DNA of 64,000 bases. It comes from a phage. Location of the stretch: sequence record PZ386958.1; one strand, given 5' to 3'. The stretch's first letter is position 1. Every line of letters begins with the position of its first letter. The notes beneath the pieces were generated by a model. The model was not told the origin of the DNA, ran no database searches, and worked only from the letters and a program-made list of their open reading frames with translations. The position numbers and the translations under genes are program-made. Below are positions 36,805 to 45,751 of the stretch, in pieces.

Positions 36805-36954
36805 ATGAAACACTCTAAAGCATTTGAAAAAGTTTTTGGGGATTCCTTAAAAGCCACTGCTGGTAAACCAGCAAAATACTATGAAGAGAAGCGTGTAAGA
36901 ACTGGAAAAACTGCACGTAAAGCAGCTTCTAAAGATAAGCACAACTTCCAGTAA
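36805..36954 (+). CDS. small basic protein (49 aa, below ORF-track cutoff)
   Basis: ATG at 36805 preceded by GGAG 9 nt upstream; Lys-rich 49 aa ORF ending TAA at 36952-36954. Confidence 0.3.
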   Translation: MKHSKAFEKVFGDSLKATAGKPAKYYEEKRVRTGKTARKAASKDKHNFQ

Positions 36955-36961
36955 TTAATGT

Positions 36962-36990
36962 TTGACAATAGAGTATCAACAAATTAGAAT
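36962..36990 (+). promoter_or_regulatory. sigma70-consensus promoter (TTGACA-17-TAGAAT) upstream of SSB gene
   Basis: TTGACA at 36962-36967, 17-nt spacer, TAGAAT at 36985-36990. Confidence 0.55.
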
Positions 36991-37026
36991 TGGTACTCTT
37001 CATAAATTGAGATAGAGGTTTAAATA

Positions 37027-37884
37027 ATGTCTAAAGTTGTTAAAATGAAAGCTCCGGTAGAGAAGTACAATGGTACTGAACGTCAAACTCTGCGTTACCT
37101 TCTGAAAGATGTTTGGTTTTATTACCTGAACACTTCACCACGTCCGGGAAAAGGTAAATCCATTGACAAGAAATTCCCAGGCAAAGACTGTAACTACAGT
37201 GTTTCAATTCTGGCAGAAGATGGTAATAAACTATTTAAAGAGTTTACTAAGTCTAAGAAAAACCCAGAAGGTTGGGATAAAGTTACTACTGAAGCAGTTG
37301 ATGCAGATGACTTCGAAGAGAAGTTTGGTTGCAAACCACCATTTGAAGCAGACACTTACTACATCTTGAAAGTAAGTCGTGCAGCAGCTTATAAGGATGG
37401 TGCTGTGTGGACAGCTAAACAGTCATTCCCTGTAATGCTGATTGAAGAAGTAAATGGTAAGCGTGTAGCTGTTAAACAGCCGATGAAGAAAATCAAAGCT
37501 CAAGCATCTGATAAACATGAAGATGACAAGAACTATGATGTAATTCATCCAGATATTGCAGTTGGTAACGGTTCTTTCGGTAGTGTGATTCTCTCTACTC
37601 ACTTCTACACTTTTGAGAACAATGTTCTGACAAAACCTATTCAGGAACAGTTTATCATTGACACTCTTGTACCTTACACTGGTGGTAACGGTGCTAATGG
37701 TGAACCTGAACTGGATGAAGATGAACTGGCTATGCTTGGTCTTGATGGTGTTGAAGATAACGGTGAAATCACTGAAGAAGATGCAAAAGACCACAAACCT
37801 TCGAATGATTCTGATGATGGTGACGATGAAGACTTGCCAGACCCAGACGACGAAGAAGATGAAGACTTCGATACAGAAGACTAA
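37027..37884 (+). CDS. single-stranded DNA-binding protein (T7 gp2.5-like)
   Basis: 285 aa with extremely acidic C-terminal tail (DDGDDEDLPDPDDEEDEDFDTED); position between primase-helicase and exonuclease. Confidence 0.6.
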   Translation: MSKVVKMKAPVEKYNGTERQTLRYLLKDVWFYYLNTSPRPGKGKSIDKKFPGKDCNYSVSILAEDGNKLFKEFTKSKKNPEGWDKVTTEAVDADDFEEKFGCKPPFEADTYYILKVSRAAAYKDGAVWTAKQSFPVMLIEEVNGKRVAVKQPMKKIKAQASDKHEDDKNYDVIHPDIAVGNGSFGSVILSTHFYTFENNVLTKPIQEQFIIDTLVPYTGGNGANGEPELDEDELAMLGLDGVEDNGEITEEDAKDHKPSNDSDDGDDEDLPDPDDEEDEDFDTED

Positions 37885-37901
37885 TCTTTAAAAGTTACTT
37901 T

Positions 37902-37930
37902 AAAGCCCTGTACTTAGTATGGGGCTTTTT
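37902..37930 (+). terminator. rho-independent terminator
   Basis: AAAGCCC ... GGGCTTT stem followed by TTTTT. Confidence 0.5.
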
Positions 37931-37946
37931 CATATGGAGAGCCACA

Positions 37947-38993
37947 ATGGAGAAGTACACGCTAACAAAACTTCCCGATTCAGTTACACATGTCTTTATT
38001 GACTCTGATAGTATTGCCTATAAAGGTGCTTGTGTAGTTGAGAAAGCAAAATATAAGTATGTCAATAAACTCACAGCAGAAGAATCTGAACCATTTGATA
38101 ATGCAAAAGATGCCGCAAGATGGTTAGCAGACCAGAGAATCCTTGTAGAAGAGCTTGGCCTAGCATTTGATGAAGATGAATGGGAAAGACAGACTTGGAA
38201 AGAAGCTAAGAGTGAAAAAGAAGCTATCATGGCTACTCAGCAGGTTCTTCAGGAATGGCTTAAGGTTGTTGGTAAAGAAAGAACTTGGGTAGGTTATTTA
38301 ACAGAGAAGGGTGTGCATAAACATAAAGACATTAAAGGTCTTGAGCACCAATATCAAGGTAACCGTAAAGATGCCGTCACACCAACACACTTAGTCGCTT
38401 GTCGTGAATACCTTCTGTCAAGACCAGAGTTTAAGCTGATTCTTGATGGATTTGAAGCTGACTCTATCGTAATTGCTAAAGCTGAAAAGATGGGTAAAAA
38501 GGCTGCCTTAATGAGTATTGATAAAGACCTTCGACAAGCTGAAGGTACTTACTGCATTGATATGACCTATGAAAAATCACCTTTAATTTTTATTGCTGAT
38601 AACAACGTTGGTGAAATTTGGGATTGCCCAATAAAATCGACACCAAAAGCTAAGAAGACAGTTGGGGTAGGTTTTAAATTTCTTTGTTATCAAGCTGTGT
38701 CTGGTGATAATGCAGATAACTATTTTGGTTTAAAGGGCGTTGGTAAGGTTGCTGTAATGAAAGCCCTTGAGGGTAAAACCACTTACAAAGAGTGTCTTGA
38801 TGCAATTTATGAGCTTTATGCTAAGAAAGAGTCATACACTTATGTCTCGTGGGATGGTCAAACAATTACCAGAACACCCTTAGAGCTAATGCAGCAACAT
38901 TTCTGGATAGCTTATCAGGAAAGAAATAAGAAAGATGATTTCACTTTTGATAAGTATGGGTGGACACCAAATGTTAACTCAACAAACTCTTAA
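37947..38993 (+). CDS. 5'-3' exonuclease (T7 gp6 / FEN-like)
   Basis: Acidic-cluster pattern typical of FEN/5'-3' exonucleases (FIDSDSIAYKG, ILDGFEADSIV, MSIDKDLRQ, VSGDNADNYFGLKGVGKV). Confidence 0.6.
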   Translation: MEKYTLTKLPDSVTHVFIDSDSIAYKGACVVEKAKYKYVNKLTAEESEPFDNAKDAARWLADQRILVEELGLAFDEDEWERQTWKEAKSEKEAIMATQQVLQEWLKVVGKERTWVGYLTEKGVHKHKDIKGLEHQYQGNRKDAVTPTHLVACREYLLSRPEFKLILDGFEADSIVIAKAEKMGKKAALMSIDKDLRQAEGTYCIDMTYEKSPLIFIADNNVGEIWDCPIKSTPKAKKTVGVGFKFLCYQAVSGDNADNYFGLKGVGKVAVMKALEGKTTYKECLDAIYELYAKKESYTYVSWDGQTITRTPLELMQQHFWIAYQERNKKDDFTFDKYGWTPNVNSTNS

Positions 38994-39471
38994 AGAGTAC
39001 CTACACTATGACCCCGAAACAGGGGTCTTTACTTGGTTAGTTGATAGAAAAGGTAAGGCCAAAGCTGGTTCAGTGGCAGGTGTTAAACACCATAGTGGTT
39101 ATATCTATATAAAACTCCTCGGAAAAAGATATGGAGCACACAGGCTGGCCTTCTTATACATGAAAGGCTACCTCCCAAAATTTGTTGACCATAAGAATTG
39201 TATCAGGTATGACAACTGGTTCGACAATTTGAGAGAATGTAGCAGGTCAGATAATAACTGTAATGCAGTCAAAAGAAGGGATAATAAGTCTGGCGTGAAG
39301 GGTGTATACTACCACAAGCTAACAGGTAGGTGGGCTGCACAAGTTAAGCATAATAAGGTTTGCTATCATCTAGGTCTGTTTGACTCTGTTGCTGATGCTG
39401 AATCAGTTGTCAAAAAGAAAAGAGAAGAACTACATAAAGAGTTTTCAAATCACGGAGAAGCTTATGAATGA
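38971..39471 (+). CDS. HNH homing endonuclease with AP2-like DNA-binding region
   Basis: YDPETGVFTW, KRYGAHRLAF, VDHKNC, DNLREC, SGVKGVYY, ELHKEF; paralogous to 51784..52275; start taken at the ATG at 38971. Confidence 0.7.
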   Translation: MLTQQTLKEYLHYDPETGVFTWLVDRKGKAKAGSVAGVKHHSGYIYIKLLGKRYGAHRLAFLYMKGYLPKFVDHKNCIRYDNWFDNLRECSRSDNNCNAVKRRDNKSGVKGVYYHKLTGRWAAQVKHNKVCYHLGLFDSVADAESVVKKKREELHKEFSNHGEAYE

Positions 39472-39965
39472 AGATTAAAGGATTTGGTAATTGCCCCACC
39501 TATGGTCATTGGGTATCTTTATGTGGGGAAGTTGACCCCACTAAACATTTTGGTTTTGTCTATTTAGTACACTGTAAGAAAACCGGACAATACTATATCG
39601 GAAAGAAACAGCTTAATAGTGTGACCAAAAGAAAAGTTGCTGGCAAGACTCGGAAGAAGGTAGTCACTAAGGAAAGTGATTGGATGACTTATGAGACTTC
39701 TTCTGAGTATATTAAAAAAGATATTGAGAGCTTTGGAAAAGAATTTTTTGACTTTTACATTATTCAGACCTACTACACAAAAGGTGGTCTAGTTTATGGT
39801 GAAGCAAACCTTCAACATAAGTTCGATGTAATGACAAAAAGGATTGACTCGAAGCTCAGACTCTTCTACAATGCCAATATTGCAGCAATTAAGTTTATTA
39901 CTAAAGAAACTTATGAAGATGCTGAAAAAAGAATCCATAAGGTAATGAAAGCAAATTGTACTTGA
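39468..39965 (+). CDS. GIY-YIG family endonuclease (putative)
   Basis: GFVYLVHCKKTGQYYIGKK fits the GIY-(10 aa)-YIG spacing; free-standing next to an HNH gene. Confidence 0.5.
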   Translation: MKIKGFGNCPTYGHWVSLCGEVDPTKHFGFVYLVHCKKTGQYYIGKKQLNSVTKRKVAGKTRKKVVTKESDWMTYETSSEYIKKDIESFGKEFFDFYIIQTYYTKGGLVYGEANLQHKFDVMTKRIDSKLRLFYNANIAAIKFITKETYEDAEKRIHKVMKANCT

Positions 39966-39986
39966 CAACTATTGAGAGAGAATAAA

Positions 39987-40235
39987 ATGTTTAACAAAAG
40001 TAAAGCTGTGAGTCATGTAGCAAAGGTTGACAGCAAGATTGAAGAACTTGAGCGCATTCTTGCAAATGCCAGAGAGTCAATAATTAAAGAGGTTGAAGCT
40101 GTTGAATCTCAAATGCAGCACCTAATGCTTAAACGTCAAGAACTACGTGAGCATCTAGAATATATTGAAACACGAGAGCTAAAGGTTAACAAATATTTTA
40201 AGGAGTCCGAATGTTTAACTCAAGAGAATCAGTAA
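39987..40235 (+). CDS. hypothetical coiled-coil protein
   Basis: ATG at 39987 (MFNKSK) chosen over the upstream TTG listed in the ORF track. Confidence 0.3.
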   Translation: MFNKSKAVSHVAKVDSKIEELERILANARESIIKEVEAVESQMQHLMLKRQELREHLEYIETRELKVNKYFKESECLTQENQ

Positions 40236-40966
40236 AAAACTGGAACCTGCGTTGTGGAAACACTCAAAAGCAACCTTACAGTAATGAGTATTGGGAATCT
40301 TTAAAATCTCAATCTCTGTGTATGCTTGAAGAAGCAAAAGAGCTTGTAAAAGCAATTGAAGAGAAAGACCCCATTGAGACACTGGATGCTCAGGCAGATT
40401 TGCAATATGTTCTTGACGGCTTGATTTATCTGTCACAACATGACCATAACGGTGCTATGAAAGCTGTTTGCCATAATAATGACCTGAAGTACACAGATGA
40501 CTATGAAGAAGCTTTAAAACGTCTTGCAGACATTGAAAAGCGTACTGGTCAAGAGTGTATTATCAGGATGTCAGTAGTTGACGGTAAAGAGTGGTATGCG
40601 ATTGTTCGTGCAGCCGATGGGAAGACTATGAAGCAATCAAATCTACCTAAAGTACAGCTTGGTGAATACATTGTAGAACTTGAAAGCCAAGAACTTTTTG
40701 TGGTAGTATCTGAGACATGCGTTATCTGCAAAGGTATTGTAGGTAGCTTAAAGGATTTGGGTGTAGATGGTTTTGTAGAAGTTAATCCAATTACCTCTAA
40801 AGCAGATAAAGACTTCTGTAAAGAGAACGGACTATGGATTGCAGATATTGTCTACTATGATGGTGAGCAGTTCCATGTAACCTCATACCCGAAACTGAAT
40901 TATGATGCTAATAACCTGAAGTGCTGGTTAAAAGGGGTTGGTTATAATGGATTCACAGAACATTAA
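40211..40966 (+). CDS. MazG-like nucleotide pyrophosphohydrolase domain protein (putative)
   Basis: N-terminal EExxE ... ExxD arrangement (LEEAKELVKAIEEKDPIETLDAQADLQYVLDGLIYL); C-terminal ~150 aa unassigned. Confidence 0.4.
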   Translation: MFNSRESVKNWNLRCGNTQKQPYSNEYWESLKSQSLCMLEEAKELVKAIEEKDPIETLDAQADLQYVLDGLIYLSQHDHNGAMKAVCHNNDLKYTDDYEEALKRLADIEKRTGQECIIRMSVVDGKEWYAIVRAADGKTMKQSNLPKVQLGEYIVELESQELFVVVSETCVICKGIVGSLKDLGVDGFVEVNPITSKADKDFCKENGLWIADIVYYDGEQFHVTSYPKLNYDANNLKCWLKGVGYNGFTEH

Positions 40967-41270
40967 TAAAGAGGGTGTGGCTCAGAAGAGCCACTTCTCA
41001 AACTACAATATCTCTATGACGGTGTTTATGAATGACCCGTTACTTGAGAAGTATGGTGAGACTCCAGATACACTTCTGGACAATGAACAAGTTTTAAAAG
41101 CAGTTCTGTACAAATACGGGATTGATATTGAGAAAGAGTATTCTTTTGAAATCTGTCAACACAGGAATACTTTTGGTAAAGTTGTGATGGCTCCACTTTT
41201 TATGGGTGTAGAAAGGACTGACTACGGTTGGTTATATCTAAAAAGAAACTTGGAGAAATACCGTGTTTAA
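40938..41270 (+). CDS. hypothetical protein
   Basis: 110 aa ORF. Confidence 0.3.
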   Translation: MVIMDSQNINKEGVAQKSHFSNYNISMTVFMNDPLLEKYGETPDTLLDNEQVLKAVLYKYGIDIEKEYSFEICQHRNTFGKVVMAPLFMGVERTDYGWLYLKRNLEKYRV

Positions 41271-41598
41271 AGCAAAGAAGTTAGATTACGATGCCATTAT
41301 CTCTGGTGCTAAATTAGGTGTTGACAGTCTCGGACGGGACGTTAAACACGGAGACACAGTTATGTACTGTGATGACCGAAGAGGAAGAAGTTCAATCTTG
41401 TTTGGAAAAGTTGTATGTAAAATACGCGGTAATTATGTTGTTTCAGATATGGATGGCAACGTCGCACAAAAGCTCAAAATAATCATGGATAGCAAGACTC
41501 CATCATGGCTCTTAAATTGTATGCACGCTTCGTCTATCACAAAAGTAAGTGATAAGTTTTACGATATGTGGCAGAATGAGCAAATTTTCAAGATTTAA
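41263..41598 (+). CDS. hypothetical protein
   Basis: 111 aa ORF followed by a terminator. Confidence 0.3.
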   Translation: MFKAKKLDYDAIISGAKLGVDSLGRDVKHGDTVMYCDDRRGRSSILFGKVVCKIRGNYVVSDMDGNVAQKLKIIMDSKTPSWLLNCMHASSITKVSDKFYDMWQNEQIFKI

Positions 41599-41603
41599 AC
41601 TAG

Positions 41604-41629
41604 GGAGCCTCTTCGGAGGCTCTTTTCAT
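41604..41629 (+). terminator. rho-independent terminator
   Basis: GGGAGCCTC TTCG GAGGCTC stem with UUCG tetraloop, then TTTTC. Confidence 0.6.
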
Positions 41630-41644
41630 CTGTAGGATTCGAAA

Positions 41645-43879
41645 ATGATTAAGACAATTAAAAAATCAAATGGTACAGTAGTAAGCTTTGACCCAGAAAG
41701 ACTGAATAAGTGGGCATCATGGGCAGATAAACGTGGAATTATCTGGTCAGAAGTCACTATGGAAGCTATGAAACGTGTCTATGAGGGTTGCACTACAAAA
41801 GAGATGCACCAAGCCATGATTGATGTTTGTGTTGATAAACAAACTCAAGAGTACTCAGATATGGCTGGACGACTGCTTTTGGGTATTATCTACAAAGAAG
41901 CCTTTGGAGGCTTTACTAAGGTTCCTACGCTGATTACCTTCGTTAAAAATATGGAGAGAGCAGGACTTTGGGAGAAGATGGATTATTCACAGGAAGAGCT
42001 TGAATACCTGCAAGGTTACATCGTGCACTCAAAAGATATCTCTTACGGTTATGCAGTCCTGAAACAGTTCAGAGACAAGTATGGTATCCGTGATATTAAA
42101 ACGGGAAGACTTTTTGAGTCACCACAATTTATGTTTATGGGTATGGCTATGAAAGCCTTTGAGAAGCAACCAAAGCACCGTAGACTGCAAGATGTTATCA
42201 AGCTGTACACTTACCTATCTGACCTGAAGATTAATGCTCCTACGCCTTATCTGAATGGTTTAAGAGCTACTAAATCAGGTTATGCGTCATGCTGTTTGAT
42301 TAAAGCGAATGATACCGCTGAATCACTTGGTATTGCTGCAAAGGTTGCTTATGATATGACTACAAAGCAAGCTGGTATTGGTATGCTGATGGAGACTCGT
42401 ACTATTGGTGATGGTATCCGTCAAAACACTATTGAGCACATGGGTAAGCTACCTTATTATAAGCTTGTACGTTCATCTGTAGAGGCAAATAAACAGAAGA
42501 GTCGTGGTGGTTCAGCTAATAACTTCTACACTGCTCTAGACCCGCAGATTGAAGATTTACTGCGTTTGAAGCACCCTACAACGGTTCCTTCTAAACGTAT
42601 TAACGAGATGGACTACTCATTCGGTACAAACGATTATTTCTGGCAGTGTGTTCAGTATGATACAGATTGGTTGCTATTCTCTTACAAAGATGCACCAAAA
42701 CTTTATGATATGTTCTACACCGCATCTGCCGATGAGTTTGCTATGGCAGTTGGTCACGCAGTACATTCTGGTGTTAAACACAGACGAGTAAAGGCTCGTG
42801 AAATTGCTAAACTGTTTATCCAGCAACGTTATGCAACAGGTCGTGTGTATCCATTCTTCACAAATAATGCAAACACACATACACCATTTAAAGAACCTTT
42901 GAAGATGTCAAATCTTTGTATGGAAATTGTGTTGCCAGTGTACGGCTTTGAGAAGGAGACAGACCTTTACAGAGATGATGCTGTGAAAGAGGATGGTGAG
43001 GTGGCTCTTTGCTTCCTAGCTAGTTTGGTTGCAGGGAGAATTTCAGAAGATGAATACGCTGACGTTGCTTATTATGCTCTGGCAATGGTTGATTCCGTTA
43101 TTGACCTTATGGATTATCCGTATCCGTCGATGCGTAACCATGTTCAGAAGCGTCGCTCTGTTGGCATTGGCCTTACAAATGTGGCTCATTACCTTGCGAA
43201 AAACTACGTGAACTATTCTTCAAGAGCAGGTAAGACAAAGCTTCACGAACTTGCAGAGATGCACTCTTACTATCTGCATGAAGCTTCTTTAAGACTTGCT
43301 AAAGAACGTGGTGTACCTGAGTATATGCAGTTCACTAAGTACCCTGAAGGCTGGGTTCCTCCGAAGACAGCTAACAAGAAGATTGATGAAAAGCATGATG
43401 CAAAACTACGATATGATTGGGATGACTTAGCACAACGTATCAAAGAAAATGGTGGAATCCGAAACTCTGTATTAGAGGCTTACATGCCTAATGAGAGTTC
43501 TTCACTAGCAACTAATACGACAAATGGCTTGTACCCAATTCGTGACTTTATTTTAACTAAAAAGTCTGCAACTGGTAACGTGCTGTTTATTGTTCCAGAT
43601 TATGAAGAGTTGAAGTATGTCTATGAAATTGCTTGGGATATCAACACCTTTGATATGATTGATTGTTATGCAATTGTTCAAAAGTTCACTGGTCAAGCTA
43701 TCTCTTCGGATTTCTATGTTGACTATGCAAAGTCTAAGAAGGTATCATTGGCTCAAGCTCTGAAGTACATGATTTATGCCAACTCGGTAGGTATGAAAAC
43801 CATGTACTACCTTAACAGTCGCATTGGTGTAGGCAAATCTGCACTGCAAGATGCTTATTGCGAGGGTTGTGGTGTTTAG
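41645..43879 (+). CDS. nrdA: ribonucleotide reductase class Ia large subunit
   Basis: Active-site region SNLCMEIVLP and C-terminal Cys pair YCEGCGV; 744 aa. Confidence 0.85.
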   Translation: MIKTIKKSNGTVVSFDPERLNKWASWADKRGIIWSEVTMEAMKRVYEGCTTKEMHQAMIDVCVDKQTQEYSDMAGRLLLGIIYKEAFGGFTKVPTLITFVKNMERAGLWEKMDYSQEELEYLQGYIVHSKDISYGYAVLKQFRDKYGIRDIKTGRLFESPQFMFMGMAMKAFEKQPKHRRLQDVIKLYTYLSDLKINAPTPYLNGLRATKSGYASCCLIKANDTAESLGIAAKVAYDMTTKQAGIGMLMETRTIGDGIRQNTIEHMGKLPYYKLVRSSVEANKQKSRGGSANNFYTALDPQIEDLLRLKHPTTVPSKRINEMDYSFGTNDYFWQCVQYDTDWLLFSYKDAPKLYDMFYTASADEFAMAVGHAVHSGVKHRRVKAREIAKLFIQQRYATGRVYPFFTNNANTHTPFKEPLKMSNLCMEIVLPVYGFEKETDLYRDDAVKEDGEVALCFLASLVAGRISEDEYADVAYYALAMVDSVIDLMDYPYPSMRNHVQKRRSVGIGLTNVAHYLAKNYVNYSSRAGKTKLHELAEMHSYYLHEASLRLAKERGVPEYMQFTKYPEGWVPPKTANKKIDEKHDAKLRYDWDDLAQRIKENGGIRNSVLEAYMPNESSSLATNTTNGLYPIRDFILTKKSATGNVLFIVPDYEELKYVYEIAWDINTFDMIDCYAIVQKFTGQAISSDFYVDYAKSKKVSLAQALKYMIYANSVGMKTMYYLNSRIGVGKSALQDAYCEGCGV

Positions 43880-43934
43880 TTTTAACAACTATGAGGGTCG
43901 TAAAAGACCCTCTAAAAATAACTTTGGAGAGACC

Positions 43935-44192
43935 ATGAAAGATTTAATAGAAAAACATGAGCGACCTATATACTTGCTCCACAAGCCTCGGAAAACGATG
44001 TACTATGTGAGTAGCACAGACATGATGATAAAACAAAATGATGACTCATGGGTTGCTGGTATCTCTTACATCTCTACAGCAGATGGTAAAATCTACGCAA
44101 GACCTTATGAGATGTTTAACAAAGAAAATTGGGAAGTTTTAGACAGAAAACAAGCCTTAGAAATGATAAAGAAAGGAGAAATCACGCTATGA
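43935..44192 (+). CDS. hypothetical protein
   Basis: ATG at 43935 preceded by GGAGAG; 85 aa between nrdA and nrdB. Confidence 0.3.
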   Translation: MKDLIEKHERPIYLLHKPRKTMYYVSSTDMMIKQNDDSWVAGISYISTADGKIYARPYEMFNKENWEVLDRKQALEMIKKGEITL

Positions 44193-45262
44193 TTAACCAG
44201 CACCCAATCTTTTTAGGTGGTGAGAGAAAAACTTTTGACTCACTTAATAAGCACTACCCAAAAATCTTTGAACTTTATAAACAACAAAAAGCACAAGATT
44301 GGTCAGAAGATGAGTTCCCTTTTGAACAATCACGTCTTGATTTTGAGAGTGTACCAGCATCAATGTCAGGTGTAATGCTTGAGATTCTTAAGTGGCAGTG
44401 GGAAGCAGATACTCAAGTTGCTAAGAGCTTGGCATTTGCCTTTGCACCATTTATCTCTGATGACATCTATGCAACTGCAATTATGAAGCAGTCTGAGATT
44501 GAAAACCTACATGCTCTTACTTACTCAGAGATTGTAAGGCAATGTATTAAAAACCCTGAAACAATCTTAGATGAGATTAACCAGAATGTTGCTGTACAAG
44601 ACCGATTAAAAACTGTGAATCGTGTTCTTGAAGAATTACTGGATGAAGGTATAAACTATCGTCTGAGTTATGTGCGTGATTCACTTCTGGACAAAGACCC
44701 TTTACACTTCCATAAAGTGATTCTGAAAGGGCTATTTGCAGTGACTGCACTTGAAGGTATATCTTTTATGGCATCCTTTGCATGTACTTTTGCACTTGAT
44801 GCTCAAGATAAATTTCAGGGTATTGCTCAAGCGGTACAAAAAATTATGCTTGACGAAATCCTTCACACCAAAATTGATATTGAAGTTTTAAAAGAAACTT
44901 TAAGAGATGATGAGTGGCAGAAAGCTTTTCAACAAATTCTTCCAGAGATTAAAGTAATCTTAGATGAAGTAGTTGAAAGTGAAGAGAAATGGTCGTATTA
45001 TATCTTCTCCGAAGGGCGTGCTGTAGTTGGCTTAAATACAAAGCTTCTTCATGAGTGGGTTTACTATAATGCTGCCCCACTGTATGATATGTTTGGCATT
45101 CAAAGAGATTTTGTAGCTCCTAAAGAACCACCTTTGAAGTACATGATTAAGAAGATGGAAATTGATAAAGAGCAGAATGCTAATCAGGAGCAGCAGAACG
45201 GTGCGTATTTATTGAATACTGTTGTAGATGATTTGAATAGTGGATTTTTAGAGGTTCCTTAA
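44189..45262 (+). CDS. nrdB: ribonucleotide reductase class Ia small subunit
   Basis: Di-iron ligand-like E/H motifs (EADTQVAKSLAF, ALEGISFMASF, DEILHT); start taken at the ATG at 44189 preceded by AGGAG. Confidence 0.8.
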   Translation: MINQHPIFLGGERKTFDSLNKHYPKIFELYKQQKAQDWSEDEFPFEQSRLDFESVPASMSGVMLEILKWQWEADTQVAKSLAFAFAPFISDDIYATAIMKQSEIENLHALTYSEIVRQCIKNPETILDEINQNVAVQDRLKTVNRVLEELLDEGINYRLSYVRDSLLDKDPLHFHKVILKGLFAVTALEGISFMASFACTFALDAQDKFQGIAQAVQKIMLDEILHTKIDIEVLKETLRDDEWQKAFQQILPEIKVILDEVVESEEKWSYYIFSEGRAVVGLNTKLLHEWVYYNAAPLYDMFGIQRDFVAPKEPPLKYMIKKMEIDKEQNANQEQQNGAYLLNTVVDDLNSGFLEVP

Positions 45263-45504
45263 TGACTTATGTAATTTACTCCAAAACTGGATGCCCTCAG
45301 TGTGAGACTGCAAAGAATTTTGCAAAGGCTCGTGGTATTGACCATGTTGTGAGAATGTTAGGGCAGGATTATGAGTTATCAGACCTGATGGATATTGCAC
45401 AGATGCCAGTTCGTCAGATGCCATTCATCATGAGAACTGATGGTCAAAATCTAAAACCTGTTGGAACACTACAGAATTTTATGGCAGAGGTGAATAATGC
45501 TTAA
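45262..45504 (+). CDS. glutaredoxin-like protein (NrdH-like redoxin)
   Basis: 80 aa with CPQC redox motif (SKTGCPQCETAKNF); sits between nrdB and nrdD. Confidence 0.65.
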   Translation: MTYVIYSKTGCPQCETAKNFAKARGIDHVVRMLGQDYELSDLMDIAQMPVRQMPFIMRTDGQNLKPVGTLQNFMAEVNNA

Positions 45505-45703
45505 ACGCCTTTGGGAAGGTTTGGTTGTTGATGCGCCAGCTATTGTGATTGGTATGCTTGTTGTTAACCTATTTACTGATTTTGAACAAGGTTCATTGTT
45601 TGGAGCCATGTTACTATGGGTTATCTTTGAAATATTAGAGATACAGCTAGGCATTACTGAAAAACTAAGAAAACTCGTTTCAAAGTTTTCTAAAAAGATT
45701 TAA
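45497..45703 (+). CDS. small membrane protein (hypothetical)
   Basis: 68 aa, two hydrophobic segments. Confidence 0.3.
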   Translation: MLKRLWEGLVVDAPAIVIGMLVVNLFTDFEQGSLFGAMLLWVIFEILEIQLGITEKLRKLVSKFSKKI

Positions 45704-45707
45704 AATG

Positions 45708-45731
45708 AAAGGGTCTCTTCGGAGACCTTTT
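45708..45731 (+). terminator. rho-independent terminator
   Basis: GGTCTC TTCG GAGACC stem then TTTTT. Confidence 0.6.
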
Positions 45732-45751
45732 TAGCATGTAAAGGGGCAATA

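Noticed and set aside
36521-36808. 95 aa + strand ORF overlapping the primase-helicase 3' end
   Set aside because: Contains a consensus promoter internally and has no RBS; more likely non-coding leader sequence
39961-39989. TTGACA-15-TAAAAT promoter-like sequence before 39987
   Set aside because: Spacer is short and the -10 would sit on the start codon; probably coincidental
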